Below are positions 24,783 through 34,843 of a stretch of DNA of 37,707 nucleotides, in pieces (the first letter of the stretch is position 1; each line of letters starts with the position of its first letter). Under the pieces are notes generated by a model, which worked only from the letters and a program-made list of their open reading frames with translations, was not told where the DNA came from and made no database searches. The position numbers were made by a program, and so were the translations under genes. The stretch is taken from positions 1-37,707 of the IMG/VR virus record IMGVR_UViG_3300045988_121638. One strand, given 5' to 3'. The stretch is from a virus.

Positions 24783-25315
24783 TCAACTTCCTTTTCGTTA
24801 ACCTTTTCCTGCACTGATGAAGCCACGGGCGATTTTAAAGCATAACCTCCTGCTCCGGTTTTCTTATTAAGTTTTCCTTGTCCTCTAAGACTAACCGTCA
24901 TGGAAGAATTACTTCCCTTGGCATCCGTACGTTCCAACGTAGTAATCAATGCCTTGCCCGAATAGTATATTTGGCCCTGCTTGGTGGCAGGAGAACTCCA
25001 TCCTTGTTCCGGGATCCCATCATTGCTCAGATTGGCGGGGATACCCAATACAACATCCACAGGTTCACCGGCAATAAACTTATCATACATCGTATCAAAA
25101 CTCTCTACTTCGGGATCTGCACTAACCAATGCTTCTGTCGATGCCTCCCATGACATCTTTGTAACCACACTCTCATCCCACATACCATCATCCTTGCTAG
25201 CCGCATCGGACGTTTCAGCTGATAAGGTTAGTTTATGGTTGGTGCTCAACGCTGTAGCCTTACCACCCATGAAAATCATAAAGTCCTTACCATTCAATAC
25301 TTTTGCTTTTCCCAT
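24779..25315 (-). CDS. major tail protein (TP901-1/phi13-like)
   Basis: 178 aa. MGKAKVLNGKDFMIFMGGKATALSTNHKLTLSAETSDAASKD...W.. is the typical N-terminus. Located upstream of the chaperones. Confidence 0.7.
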   Translation of the reverse strand: MGKAKVLNGKDFMIFMGGKATALSTNHKLTLSAETSDAASKDDGMWDESVVTKMSWEASTEALVSADPEVESFDTMYDKFIAGEPVDVVLGIPANLSNDGIPEQGWSSPATKQGQIYYSGKALITTLERTDAKGSNSSMTVSLRGQGKLNKKTGAGGYALKSPVASSVQEKVNEKEVE

Positions 25316-25333
25316 ATTACTATCAATTTATCG

Positions 25334-25729
25334 TTAAAAATCAATCGTTTTAAAATTCAAAGTCAGTCTTACCACGTATGCCGGTAAGTCTGCATCATAG
25401 TTTTTACTCCATGATTCCAAATTACACTCTGTCACTTCGAAGTCATCGTACCTTGCTAACTTGCCTTCCAGTACATAACGTGTCTTATTTGCCACAGTAA
25501 CCGCCTCATTGTAGTTTTTCGCTACTATGGCAATATTGCAGCTCGCATTGTCTTCACATGTACCATCTTTCGTTGTCTCCGGTCCTGAACCGTAGTCCTC
25601 AAACATGATAAACGGATAATTGGAGCCTTCCGGGATAACTATCGGGTAGATCCGATCACCTACACTTTTTACAATTTCCGGATCTGCACTTAACTGTTTA
25701 ACTATATGTTTACTTATCAATATGCTCAT
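25334..25729 (-). CDS. tail terminator / tail completion protein (DUF3168-like)
   Basis: 131 aa. Called from position directly upstream of the major tail protein and from the motif DRIYPIVIPEGSNYPFIMF. Confidence 0.45.
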   Translation of the reverse strand: MSILISKHIVKQLSADPEIVKSVGDRIYPIVIPEGSNYPFIMFEDYGSGPETTKDGTCEDNASCNIAIVAKNYNEAVTVANKTRYVLEGKLARYDDFEVTECNLESWSKNYDADLPAYVVRLTLNFKTIDF

Positions 25730-26349
25730 TTTCCTTCGCTTACTTCTGTTATTAATCGCACCACCCTGTCGGAAATCCTTTCAGACGCACGCCTCATCGA
25801 TTCTTCAGCCACGCCAAAAAAGTTCCTAGCCGCTATCGCTCCCCTATAGGCAGTACGATTGTTTTTGCTCCTGGACTTTTTAAAGGCATGTCTGCCTTCT
25901 GTTCCATCGTTTATAAATCTCAGGATAAAAGCCCTGTCACGCCCACGATAAGAATTTATCCGGGCAGTATCCTTGCTGACCGACCGATTTCTCTTAATGC
26001 CTGACCTGCCACCTCGTGGCGGATTGTATTCCTTAACCGACTTCGCACTTCCCTTGCGGTTAAACAGGCTGACATTAGCACCTGTGGCGTTTTTATAAAC
26101 CATAGTTTTTACGCCTATCTTGGCGTTTCTTGGATCGGACTTCATGGCTCCTTTCGCTGCGGCAATCACATCCTTTCGGGCCGGGGCAATTTCCTGCCTT
26201 ATAATCTTACGGACATCCTTCTTTTTCACTACATTATCAAAAAGCATACGGTCAAGCATCCTCATTACCTCATCCCCATCAAATTGTAAGGCAACACCGG
26301 ATTTTCTTGCACCATTTGCATTGTATAAGAGTCGTTTATTTAAACCCAT
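25726..26349 (-). CDS. head-tail joining protein (HK97 gp10-like by position)
   Basis: The first ATG is at 26349 (the track start at 26355 is TTG). Basic protein between the capsid and tail-completion genes. Confidence 0.4.
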   Translation of the reverse strand: MGLNKRLLYNANGARKSGVALQFDGDEVMRMLDRMLFDNVVKKKDVRKIIRQEIAPARKDVIAAAKGAMKSDPRNAKIGVKTMVYKNATGANVSLFNRKGSAKSVKEYNPPRGGRSGIKRNRSVSKDTARINSYRGRDRAFILRFINDGTEGRHAFKKSRSKNNRTAYRGAIAARNFFGVAEESMRRASERISDRVVRLITEVSEGK

Positions 26350-26358
26350 AACCAAAGA

Positions 26359-26388
26359 TTAATACCGGCTTGGATAAGCCGGTATTAA
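26359..26388 (-). terminator. 13-bp perfect hairpin just after the major capsid gene (attenuator or RNA-stability element)
   Basis: TTAATACCGGCTT-ggat-AAGCCGGTATTAA, 7 nt after the capsid stop. The U-tract is weak (AAUCUUUGGUU). Confidence 0.45.
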
Positions 26389-26394
26389 TTATTA

Positions 26395-27579
26395 CTAAGC
26401 CCCGGTAGTCTTATACAATGCGAATGCCTCCTTACGCAGAGTAGTAATACTCCAATCAGAGTTTAAGGTGAAAACGACTACATCCTTCTTGGCTTGAGTA
26501 TACGGATCAATAATCAATCTTACTTCTCCGTGTTGATTTGTCGGCAAGTAGCCAAAACATCCGGCCGCAACATACTCTACGGTTGCCTTCTCCTTACTAG
26601 AACCATAATTGATATATTCGGTACAGAATATCGGATATCCGCCAATTGCACCATTTTCAACAACCATTCTGCCACTTCCTGCGTCAATTGGAGTTGCTTC
26701 CAATGCAGCTTTCATTGCTTCGCTCATGACAAAACAAAAACCTACCATTTCCACACCTGTTGCTGCTACAGCTCCCTTCATCGCGATTAACTCCTTGTAA
26801 GTCGGCACAGCACCGGCGAACGCACCTGTAGCCTTCGCACCTGCAAAGGGACCGTGAAGATCGCTTGTAAAATCCTGATGGGAGAAAATTACACGATTCA
26901 ACACCCTCTGCAATCCGGCCCGCAATTGTCCCTGGATCAATGACACTAAATCGGTGTAACTATCAGTGATAGCCTGGTTAGATACCGATATTGACATTCC
27001 TAATCTGACACGCTTGGCTGCAATCTTACTCAAATCAATAGTTTGGTCGGTCAGTTCTAATGTTTCCCCTTGGATCTCAGCCTCAACCGATCCCATTACA
27101 GGCCATTGGATATTCCCGCTTACTCCTGTCTGCACCGGAATACCCACTTTGTCAAAAATAAGCCCCATCTCCAAGGGAGGAAGGATATCCTTAATGGTTA
27201 ATGGAATCATGCCACCGGTTTCAATAGAAGCTGTATTCAACCCTGCAAATTCACGCTCTAAAACGAAATCACCGGGTTTCCCTGCGCTCTTCACCGCTTG
27301 AAGGCACTCTCTAAGCAGTTGGTTCTTGCTTTTTTCTTCTCTTTTTTCCGACTTCTGCATGTTTGTCAGATCGAAATTCATCTGAATTTCGCGAGAATGT
27401 TTGTTAAAATCATTCTTCAGAGATTGATACTCAATGTTTTCATCGGGTGACAAGTCACGTTTTTCAGCCTTAGCCTTATCGATCAACTCATTCATGCGGA
27501 TATTGACGGCCTCTCTCTTCTCCAATAGAGAATTTCTTTCCGCCAAAAGTTCCTGTACTGTTTTCTTTCCTGATTTCAT
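26395..27579 (-). CDS. major capsid protein, HK97 family
   Basis: 394 aa. N-terminal coiled-coil delta-like region (LLAERNSLLEKREAVNIRMNELIDKAKAEKRDLSPDE), then a Gly/Ala-rich HK97-type core. It follows the prohead protease. Confidence 0.85.
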   Translation of the reverse strand: MKSGKKTVQELLAERNSLLEKREAVNIRMNELIDKAKAEKRDLSPDENIEYQSLKNDFNKHSREIQMNFDLTNMQKSEKREEKSKNQLLRECLQAVKSAGKPGDFVLEREFAGLNTASIETGGMIPLTIKDILPPLEMGLIFDKVGIPVQTGVSGNIQWPVMGSVEAEIQGETLELTDQTIDLSKIAAKRVRLGMSISVSNQAITDSYTDLVSLIQGQLRAGLQRVLNRVIFSHQDFTSDLHGPFAGAKATGAFAGAVPTYKELIAMKGAVAATGVEMVGFCFVMSEAMKAALEATPIDAGSGRMVVENGAIGGYPIFCTEYINYGSSKEKATVEYVAAGCFGYLPTNQHGEVRLIIDPYTQAKKDVVVFTLNSDWSITTLRKEAFALYKTTGA

Positions 27580-27581
27580 AA

Positions 27582-28253
27582 TTATAAAATATTACATGTG
27601 TTTAAAATAACTTCTCTCTTTATCCGGTCTATTTCCTCAACCTTCCTGCCAATAGTGGATACAGACGTTCTTTCCCTTAACTTTATCCCGGTTGATTCTA
27701 TCTCACGAGCGGTCACACTGGTTTGCGTATATGCCGGATCACTTGCTATAGTCATTTCAAAAACCGCTTGGATGCGGTTAACATGACGCAATAAGATACC
27801 ATCCTTATCCTTGGTGTACCTCACAGAGCTTGATTCATCCGACCAGTATGTAAATGAGGAGCCGGCAAGATCGCCACGCTTTACCAACTCCAATGCCGTA
27901 TTACCATCCGGGGTATCAGGAGCTGCAAATTCATACTTTACACCTGTCTCATCAACGCTTAATTTCAAAGAGCCTTCACCCATGTTCGATCGAGCCAACA
28001 GCCTCTCCCGATTGTGCCATAAGGTCATCTTGATATCCATACCCTTTAGATCCTCCTCCGTAATAGCACCGGGTTCTATAATTTCCCTATAATCCTCCCA
28101 GTAATCCACCAATAACCGACTCTCTACCCCAAAAACTATCGCATACCCTTCTATTATCCTTTCATTAGGAGCCTCATCGGAGGCTTCTCTAATATGAGGT
28201 TGGAATCTGCCTCCAACCATGCATCTTATTTCCCTTTTTTGCTTGTTTTCCAT
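27582..28253 (-). CDS. prohead protease, HK97 family (S78)
   Basis: 223 aa. IEGYAIVFG......DYREIIEPGAI...DIKMTLWHNRERLLA....GSLKLSVDETGVKYEF..PDTPDGNTALELVKRGDLAGSSF fits the family pattern. Confidence 0.8.
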   Translation of the reverse strand: MENKQKREIRCMVGGRFQPHIREASDEAPNERIIEGYAIVFGVESRLLVDYWEDYREIIEPGAITEEDLKGMDIKMTLWHNRERLLARSNMGEGSLKLSVDETGVKYEFAAPDTPDGNTALELVKRGDLAGSSFTYWSDESSSVRYTKDKDGILLRHVNRIQAVFEMTIASDPAYTQTSVTAREIESTGIKLRERTSVSTIGRKVEEIDRIKREVILNTCNIL

Positions 28254-28288
28254 CTTAATGCCTTTTTTAAATCATCCTATTAGTTCCT

Positions 28289-28318
28289 CTATAGGAGACC
28301 GCCCTATAGGAGACCGCC
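28289..28318. repeat. 15-bp perfect tandem direct repeat (2 copies) in the adaptor-protease intergenic gap
   Basis: CTATAGGAGACCGCC twice. The second copy creates the palindrome CCTATAGG. Confidence 0.9.
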
Positions 28319-28368
28319 ACATCAGCCCTTTTATAACACTTTTGATACCCTGTTTCAGGTTACTCGAT

Positions 28369-28695
28369 TTACTCATTTTCGTCCAAAACCGAAGCAACAA
28401 TAGTAATACTGCCATCTCTCCTGGAGCGATTAAGGCTATCTATTGCATAAGTCTTATCATCCCACCTTAAACGGCATCTATCATGGATTATACTATTATT
28501 CCTCATAGTTACGGATACAGTTCGCGAAAGCCATGATTCTCCCATAGTTAATACATTCGCGCCCCTTTGAAAATGGACAGCAGCCCAAACGGTAGCCTTC
28601 TTCGTAAATTCAACCACCTGTTCTCCCATATCGCCTCTTGCAACGATAGGCACCATTATATCTACTCTTTCCGTCAAACTTCCTGCGGTCAACAT
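28369..28695 (-). CDS. head-tail adaptor / head closure protein (SPP1 gp16-like)
   Basis: 108 aa. LTERVDI........GEQV..F...ATVWAAV......N.......W....V.VTMR........CRL.WDDKTYAI fits the adaptor family pattern. Confidence 0.65.
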   Translation of the reverse strand: MLTAGSLTERVDIMVPIVARGDMGEQVVEFTKKATVWAAVHFQRGANVLTMGESWLSRTVSVTMRNNSIIHDRCRLRWDDKTYAIDSLNRSRRDGSITIVASVLDENE

Positions 28696-28698
28696 ATT

Positions 28699-29025
28699 CT
28701 ATTCTCTATCTGAAAGTTTTACAAATGGCTTTACCAACACCGACACGGAAAAAGGAACAGGGTTTTGAGATACAGCTGCAACAGGTTCTCTATTCCGGTG
28801 AAAATGTGCCGCCAACATCAATATCGCTAATTTTAATCTGACGGGAAAACCACACCCCTCCCATGCCGAAAGCTCTTCATAAGATCTTCGCGTCATGTCA
28901 ATGACAACATCTTCCGCTGCAATACCATATGTTGTAATGATAGCATCCTCACCCTCGAAATCCTCATGCATCTGCAATTTGAGTTCTTCCAATGTCACTA
29001 CTCTTAACTCATCATTCATCATCAT
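28699..29025 (-). CDS. gp6-like head-tail connector protein
   Basis: 108 aa. LEELKLQMHEDFEGEDAIITTYGIAAEDVVIDMTRR is typical of the DNA-packaging/connector (gp6-like) family. Confidence 0.6.
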   Translation of the reverse strand: MMMNDELRVVTLEELKLQMHEDFEGEDAIITTYGIAAEDVVIDMTRRSYEELSAWEGCGFPVRLKLAILMLAAHFHRNREPVAAVSQNPVPFSVSVLVKPFVKLSDRE

Positions 29026-30292
29026 CTTCTTCCTCCTTTTTTTTCACATCGCTCGTCTGTATCGTATTACTACCCTCCTTGCTTAACTTAGCACTGCCTA
29101 AAACAGCAAGATTTGTGCTTAAATAAACTTCGTCACCCTTCTTTACAGGCTCCTTGTCATTCTCTCTTCTTATATCATTAACAGTTGCTTGGCCCGTCCC
29201 CAATCGTGACAGGTTAGCCTTGCCTCTGCTGTCAACATCCAAGGCATAGAGGCTGGAAAGGTTAAACGAAAATTTATAATCCATATATGTATTTACACTC
29301 AGCATTTTAGCCGTAAATTCTCTCTCTATTTCTGTGATTATGGGCTGCAATGCCTCTGTATAAAAACCCACATTCGACATTTCAACGCTCTTGTAGTTGG
29401 CGTTAGTATCATCCATCAGTTTGCTTGGAGGCACATTAAAGGCTCTTGCGATATCACGGAGATTCAGCTTTACCATTTCCAAAAATTGCATATCGGAAGA
29501 TGACATACTGATTGGAGTCAGGGTACCATCACCCCTTACAACCAAGATGTCTTCACCCTTGTTGATGTCCTCCTGTAGATCCTGTCCTTGTTTGTCAAGC
29601 TCTTTATCCTGATATTCACCGAATCCCTTCACGCTGGTATTGTTTTGCAGGATTGCCTTTAGCCGGCCTCCTGTGGCAAACCTCTTCAGGGTTTCATTAT
29701 TGGCAGTTGTGGCTATACTTAATGTATCCTTGATATAGGATACCGTAGACCTACCCATATAACCTCCATCCATGCACATGTTCTTAAAGTGGAGGATTTC
29801 CGATGCCGGGAATGTCCCGCTTATACCGTTAACCAAGTCACTTACCGTGTAGGTATTGGAGTAGACATCATACACAACAGAGCCGGGGGAACATAAAAAA
29901 AGAGACTCCACCTCTCCGGTAACAGCCCTCTTAGGGTATATATACGCATTACCCTTAAGCAGCATCATTGCAACGAGATATTTCATCATTGTAAATGAAT
30001 TCATTCTGTCGTTCGGGCGAACACTCAATAGATAATTTACCCTTGCACCATACCCATTGTCGTAAATTTTAAAATAATTTTTAGCCCTATCACGCCTCTT
30101 ATATTGCAGCGTAAGGGTAGCTACGGCACCGGATATAAGATTCACAGCCCTATATACGGCTGCAATACGCATTGCCGATTCATCTGTGTTGGCATAAATT
30201 ATATTACTCTTAAAATTGCCGGTCGATACCGTAGTATTCTTCCCGGATGCCGTTTTTGCTTCTCGTCTGAAAAATCTGAAAAAGTTATCCAT
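29012..30292 (-). CDS. portal protein, HK97 family
   Basis: 426 aa, directly after the large terminase gene. Acidic C-terminal tail (KKKEEEDDDE). Confidence 0.8.
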   Translation of the reverse strand: MDNFFRFFRREAKTASGKNTTVSTGNFKSNIIYANTDESAMRIAAVYRAVNLISGAVATLTLQYKRRDRAKNYFKIYDNGYGARVNYLLSVRPNDRMNSFTMMKYLVAMMLLKGNAYIYPKRAVTGEVESLFLCSPGSVVYDVYSNTYTVSDLVNGISGTFPASEILHFKNMCMDGGYMGRSTVSYIKDTLSIATTANNETLKRFATGGRLKAILQNNTSVKGFGEYQDKELDKQGQDLQEDINKGEDILVVRGDGTLTPISMSSSDMQFLEMVKLNLRDIARAFNVPPSKLMDDTNANYKSVEMSNVGFYTEALQPIITEIEREFTAKMLSVNTYMDYKFSFNLSSLYALDVDSRGKANLSRLGTGQATVNDIRRENDKEPVKKGDEVYLSTNLAVLGSAKLSKEGSNTIQTSDVKKKEEEDDDE

Positions 30293-30363
30293 CGGTTTAT
30301 CGAGCCTCTTTTAATGTTATGACCACGGCTCATATACCCACGAATTAGCTGTAATAGGTTACT

Positions 30364-32208
30364 CTATTGCTCATAGTTATTAAAGAGCCAAAATGTCATT
30401 AAAGTAGCAATAGCCCCATCAATCTTCAAATTTTCCTTTCTTTTCAGAGGTTTTTTATTGCCCATCCTGTCTTCATCGAGATAGCAATTTCCAAAACAGT
30501 AGGATAATATAGGATTATTCGCCAAAGCGACCTTTGGCGGATTGGATTTTGCCGCCATCTCAAACGTTTCTACGGGCGAGGTAAATGCCCCATACGTCTG
30601 AGGGACTGCACGCAAAATCCTACTCGGGTCTGTACCGGTAGACGATATCGCAGCCGATAATGCATTCACTACCTCCTGGCTCTTGTATGCGTCATATCCT
30701 ATCTGGCAGATACATAGCGACCTGTTACGCTTTAACACATCTTCCACTATCATGGAATCGCTTATAACAGCTCCCGGGCAAATCTTCAGATAGCCGGCAT
30801 CCCTCCAATATTTGTACAACTCTTTGTTCGGATGGGTTTCCAAGGTTTCTTCCGGAATATAGCAATCAAGCCACACGAAGAATTTACGCAATTTCCTGCT
30901 ATATATATTATAAGCGACAACGGAGAAGTCATCACTTACAGAAAGGTCCATAGCGACCATAGTTTCCGGACGGCCATCTATTGAGTCAAGATCCAAATTA
31001 ACGGAAAGGGAACGTGCTAAATTTTGGGAAATCCAAGTTTTTATGCCTCCTGACACGAATATATTTAAAAGCTTCGTCTTAAACTCTATCATCGCCTCTG
31101 CATCACGTTGGGCCTTAGCCCATCTTTGGGTATAGTAACTTTCCTGGACTGTAATACCGATATGAGGATTGCACTTCTTCCACACAGCGGGGCACCCCAT
31201 ACTTTCTTCATCCATCTCCCACGCATCGGGCTGGAAGATGCTGGCAAATTGAGAATCGTCATTATACTCACCCAGTAATACCTTCTTCGCATTCTCCAGC
31301 TCCAATGCAAATGGACCATCCTCCACGCGGCTTGCGGTTGTAATTATGATCGTCAGAGGTTCACGTCTTGCACCCATAGATGATGTAAGGACCTGTAGCA
31401 ATTCTGCACCATCCGAATGATCCTTCACATACTTCGCCTGAGCATATTCATCGAATATTACCAATGAGGCATTCAATCCGTCCTTGGTATCACCACCACC
31501 CGTCAAGCACTCTACAAACGATTCTCTTTCAAATTTATTCGGTTTCCAATTCAAAGTCTCCCGTGTCGCTTTAAAGTATTTCTTTTTCGGGTCCAACTGC
31601 CTGATTATCTTCGATATTTCCCCGAAGCAGATCTTCGCCTGCTTATAAGAGTTTGCAGCGGTATAAGCCTGCGCATTCACATCGCCAAACAACATCTCAT
31701 TAACAGCCAATGATGCCGTGCTTGTAGTTTTCGAGAACTTTCTTGGTACAAAAAGTATCGCTTCGCGAACCAACCGCCGCAGTTCGTATTTTCTCTGGTC
31801 AAGCACGCGCTGATATTTACCTTCCAAATCATCCGGCTTCCCTGTTGCATCCCCCACATCTTCCCAATGGTAAAATCCTAATATCGAAGCAAATTGAAAG
31901 TACTGTATCGGAGTCAACTTATAACATCTTCGCCCATCCATCCCGGAGAATTTCAGCGACTCATACAATTTCACGAACCGCTTGACTTTAGAAGGACGGA
32001 AAACGTAATTATCCATCAACCGAAAGAACTTTAACAAGGCTAATATCTCATATAAATTATGATTTTCAGGGGAATTACACACTTGGGAAACATAAGTATG
32101 CAACCTCAGATCTATAGAATCAAGTTGATAACTCTCAATGTCTATACTGAGCAGCTTATCAACGAACCCTTGTTTAAAATCCTTCGCAGTTACGTTCTCA
32201 TTCATCAT
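30364..32208 (-). CDS. terL: terminase large subunit (Terminase_1 type)
   Basis: 614 aa. Walker A-like VPRKFSKTT, Walker B LVIFDEYA, and a C-terminal nuclease region. Confidence 0.85.
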   Translation of the reverse strand: MMNENVTAKDFKQGFVDKLLSIDIESYQLDSIDLRLHTYVSQVCNSPENHNLYEILALLKFFRLMDNYVFRPSKVKRFVKLYESLKFSGMDGRRCYKLTPIQYFQFASILGFYHWEDVGDATGKPDDLEGKYQRVLDQRKYELRRLVREAILFVPRKFSKTTSTASLAVNEMLFGDVNAQAYTAANSYKQAKICFGEISKIIRQLDPKKKYFKATRETLNWKPNKFERESFVECLTGGGDTKDGLNASLVIFDEYAQAKYVKDHSDGAELLQVLTSSMGARREPLTIIITTASRVEDGPFALELENAKKVLLGEYNDDSQFASIFQPDAWEMDEESMGCPAVWKKCNPHIGITVQESYYTQRWAKAQRDAEAMIEFKTKLLNIFVSGGIKTWISQNLARSLSVNLDLDSIDGRPETMVAMDLSVSDDFSVVAYNIYSRKLRKFFVWLDCYIPEETLETHPNKELYKYWRDAGYLKICPGAVISDSMIVEDVLKRNRSLCICQIGYDAYKSQEVVNALSAAISSTGTDPSRILRAVPQTYGAFTSPVETFEMAAKSNPPKVALANNPILSYCFGNCYLDEDRMGNKKPLKRKENLKIDGAIATLMTFWLFNNYEQ

Positions 32209-32594
32209 TAATCATCTTCCTTATTAAGATGCTCCATTAGTCTTGACAACGGATCATCTTCCTTTATCTTGCCGGCTTCACCGCCCGGTTGAATCTCTTG
32301 ATTCATCATCAACGATCTTAGATCTTTCCTAACCCTATCGGCATATCTCGCCATCAAAATGAACACCGGGTTTTCCTTCACCCGGTCACAATTTTCCCTA
32401 CTTTTTTCAATAACAGTTAAAGTAGTTTCTTCCTTAAGAGCCTCATCGCGAATCCTACGAAAAACCAAAAGATCAGAAGCAAGTAGTTCTATCTGATAGC
32501 TCATTTCTTTTGAGTATTTATCCCGCTCCTGGAGAATGCCCCTTATATACCTTTTTAAACTATCGATTTCGTTATTCGCTTTTTTTTTAGCCAT
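32208..32594 (-). CDS. terS: terminase small subunit (P27-like)
   Basis: 128 aa. One-nt overlap with terL. Called from its position between HNH and terL, and from size and charge pattern. Confidence 0.6.
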   Translation of the reverse strand: MAKKKANNEIDSLKRYIRGILQERDKYSKEMSYQIELLASDLLVFRRIRDEALKEETTLTVIEKSRENCDRVKENPVFILMARYADRVRKDLRSLMMNQEIQPGGEAGKIKEDDPLSRLMEHLNKEDD

Positions 32595-32759
32595 ATAGTT
32601 AAATATTTTAAGACTACCTACTTTTGCTGATTCCGACCCGTATTTTGCAATCCCTATTTTACCCCCACAGAAAAAACGCAGAATCCTAAAAATCTCTCTG
32701 GGTAGGAGTAGAGGATTTGAGAAAAGTAGGGGCTTTAAAAAAAACTCCCCCCCCCTCGG

Positions 32760-33095
32760 TCATTCAAAATATTTTTTTGCAAATCGTTCTGCGTCCTTCC
32801 TTGAGCGTTCTTTAATATATTCTTTCGAATGCGAATGCATCATGGCATGAATGTTTGTATGACACTCATGACACAGCGATTTCAAATTATTATAATCAAA
32901 CATCAATCGTCTCATGTCCTCCACATTGCTTCCGCTCTCGACAGGGACAACATGATGAACCTCAGACACAGGAGTTATAATCCCCTTTGAAAAGCACTCT
33001 TCGCAAAATGGGCTATTCCCAATCTTCTTCTTCCTCAAGATGAGCCAATCTCTTGACTGGATCATCTTATTATAATTATAATCCTTGCTCATCAT
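32760..33095 (-). CDS. HNH endonuclease
   Basis: CEEC....EVHHVVPVE......N.L.SLCHECH (HNH with two CxxC pairs). The first ATG is at 33095 (the track start at 33101 is GTG). Confidence 0.85.
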   Translation of the reverse strand: MMSKDYNYNKMIQSRDWLILRKKKIGNSPFCEECFSKGIITPVSEVHHVVPVESGSNVEDMRRLMFDYNNLKSLCHECHTNIHAMMHSHSKEYIKERSRKDAERFAKKYFE

Positions 33096-33721
33096 CAACA
33101 CTTTTGCTTCTTGTTTTTTTTAGGGACCACACCATATTCAATCCTTGGCGATATGTGATTCAGCTCATTGCTAATCTCACTTTGTATTTTGTCTTCACCC
33201 GTTATCCCGCATTGCTCTATCAAGTCTGATATGATATCCTCATATCTACACTCTCCTATAGTACGGCCAATACCGTCTAATCGGGATGCTATAGAGGGGA
33301 AAAGGAGTCTTACCACTGTTTCCAATGATGCACTATTCCTTGAGTTGGTATGTATATCATCCCCGTTTATCTTAATATTCCTTGCCACATATCCTCTTTT
33401 ACCGATTTCGCTAAATATATATATCGAGCCTACCATCCTTAATGACTTCCTGCCTCTTGGCTTCGTTGATATAACTCTGTTCTTTTTGTTTTCGAAATCT
33501 TCAAATACTTTTGACAATTCGTTCACGTATGATATATCTATATCTTCCGACACACCGTAATCAGGATTGACGTATGACAAAAACGCAGTGAGTAGATATT
33601 GCATCACCTCATATCTACTTTTAAACTTATACTTTTTGACAATATCATCCAAACATGCAGCCGCTTCAGGAGACACCTTAGATTGGATACTTATATGTTT
33701 TAATTTCGATTTATCTTTCAT
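33095..33721 (-). CDS. hypothetical protein
   Basis: 208 aa from the ATG at 33721 (the track start at 33727 is TTG). No family recognised. Confidence 0.55.
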   Translation of the reverse strand: MKDKSKLKHISIQSKVSPEAAACLDDIVKKYKFKSRYEVMQYLLTAFLSYVNPDYGVSEDIDISYVNELSKVFEDFENKKNRVISTKPRGRKSLRMVGSIYIFSEIGKRGYVARNIKINGDDIHTNSRNSASLETVVRLLFPSIASRLDGIGRTIGECRYEDIISDLIEQCGITGEDKIQSEISNELNHISPRIEYGVVPKKNKKQKC

Positions 33722-33741
33722 AATCAATTTCCTTTATATTT

Positions 33742-33927
33742 TTATTCATTAATTACAACACTCCTGATATCTCTTTTGCCAAAGTATTTATAAGTCAACG
33801 TTCCTCCATAAAACTTTATGGTGTCTCCCTTAACAGTAATCATCATTCCGCCTTTTAACCTATGTTCTATATCACCTTCACAAGACAACATCATGATTGT
33901 CATAAGTATAATTAATATAAACCTCAT
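33742..33927 (-). CDS. small secreted or membrane protein
   Basis: 61 aa. The N-terminal MRFILIILMTIMMLSC resembles a lipoprotein signal (LSC lipobox-like). Confidence 0.45.
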   Translation of the reverse strand: MRFILIILMTIMMLSCEGDIEHRLKGGMMITVKGDTIKFYGGTLTYKYFGKRDIRSVVINE

Positions 33928-33930
33928 TAT

Positions 33931-34308
33931 TTAATCTCCTTTCTCCTTAATCCGTTCCAGTACATCCCTGTTGGCTTCGAGTATCTCATCAAAAGAAGGG
34001 ATAGGCATCCAAGAATCATCTTCATTAACTATCATATCGGTTCTTTCATCATCGCTTACCCTCCACCAATTTGATTGCATAGAATAATACATTTTACCTA
34101 TATAAAATTCGCGTTCATGGCATATAATAACTTCAATATTATGTTTTGGCAGTCGTTCCTTAACGCTTATCCAAGGCGATTGCTTCAACTGCCATTCTGC
34201 ACCGGATTTGAAAATATCTACTACTCTTGGTCTGAATATATCTTTTGCCAAATGAATTTTGTGTCTTTCGTAATATTCTTCTGCTGCTTCTTCTAACTTC
34301 TGTTTCAT
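33931..34308 (-). CDS. DUF551-like protein
   Basis: 125 aa. WISVKERLPKHNIEVII.......IG.........W........WMPIP is the DUF551 signature. Confidence 0.6.
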   Translation of the reverse strand: MKQKLEEAAEEYYERHKIHLAKDIFRPRVVDIFKSGAEWQLKQSPWISVKERLPKHNIEVIICHEREFYIGKMYYSMQSNWWRVSDDERTDMIVNEDDSWMPIPSFDEILEANRDVLERIKEKGD

Positions 34309-34326
34309 ATCTATCTTGGTTATACG

Positions 34327-34821
34327 TTAAACCTCTATCTCAAACTGCTCACTTTTTGCCGATGGCATACAATCAAGAAGAGAAGAACCTACTGAGACAT
34401 AATAGATACCATCTTTTTCAAGCGGGAGCCAATGGAAGTAGCGTCCTGTTTCTTCATGCATTACCGGAATCCCAAATTTACTAAGCGGGCTACCATCTAT
34501 ACCTCGAAACTTTCTACGCCATCTATCAATAAATTCACGACCTTCTTTCTTTCGTTTATTGATTTTCCAACACGGATGCTTCTTATTATCATTATTCGGA
34601 ATCAGTTTCTCAGGAACAAACTCCTTATCATCAAATCCAATAAGAGTATAAAGCCACTCAGCGGTTATTCCAAATACCCATCCATATCCGAGGGTATCCG
34701 GTCTTGAACCACAATATTCTTGAATCATATCTTTAGCTTCGTTTTGTTCACACATAAGCTGTTCATTCATTTGTTTCAGTAGCTTCTCAAGCTCTGAACC
34801 TTGTTTTGCTATTATCTTCAT
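34327..34821 (-). CDS. hypothetical protein
   Basis: 164 aa ATG-started ORF in the operon. No family recognised. Confidence 0.55.
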   Translation of the reverse strand: MKIIAKQGSELEKLLKQMNEQLMCEQNEAKDMIQEYCGSRPDTLGYGWVFGITAEWLYTLIGFDDKEFVPEKLIPNNDNKKHPCWKINKRKKEGREFIDRWRRKFRGIDGSPLSKFGIPVMHEETGRYFHWLPLEKDGIYYVSVGSSLLDCMPSAKSEQFEIEV

Positions 34822-34843
34822 TTCTAATCAGTTTTGAGTCTAA

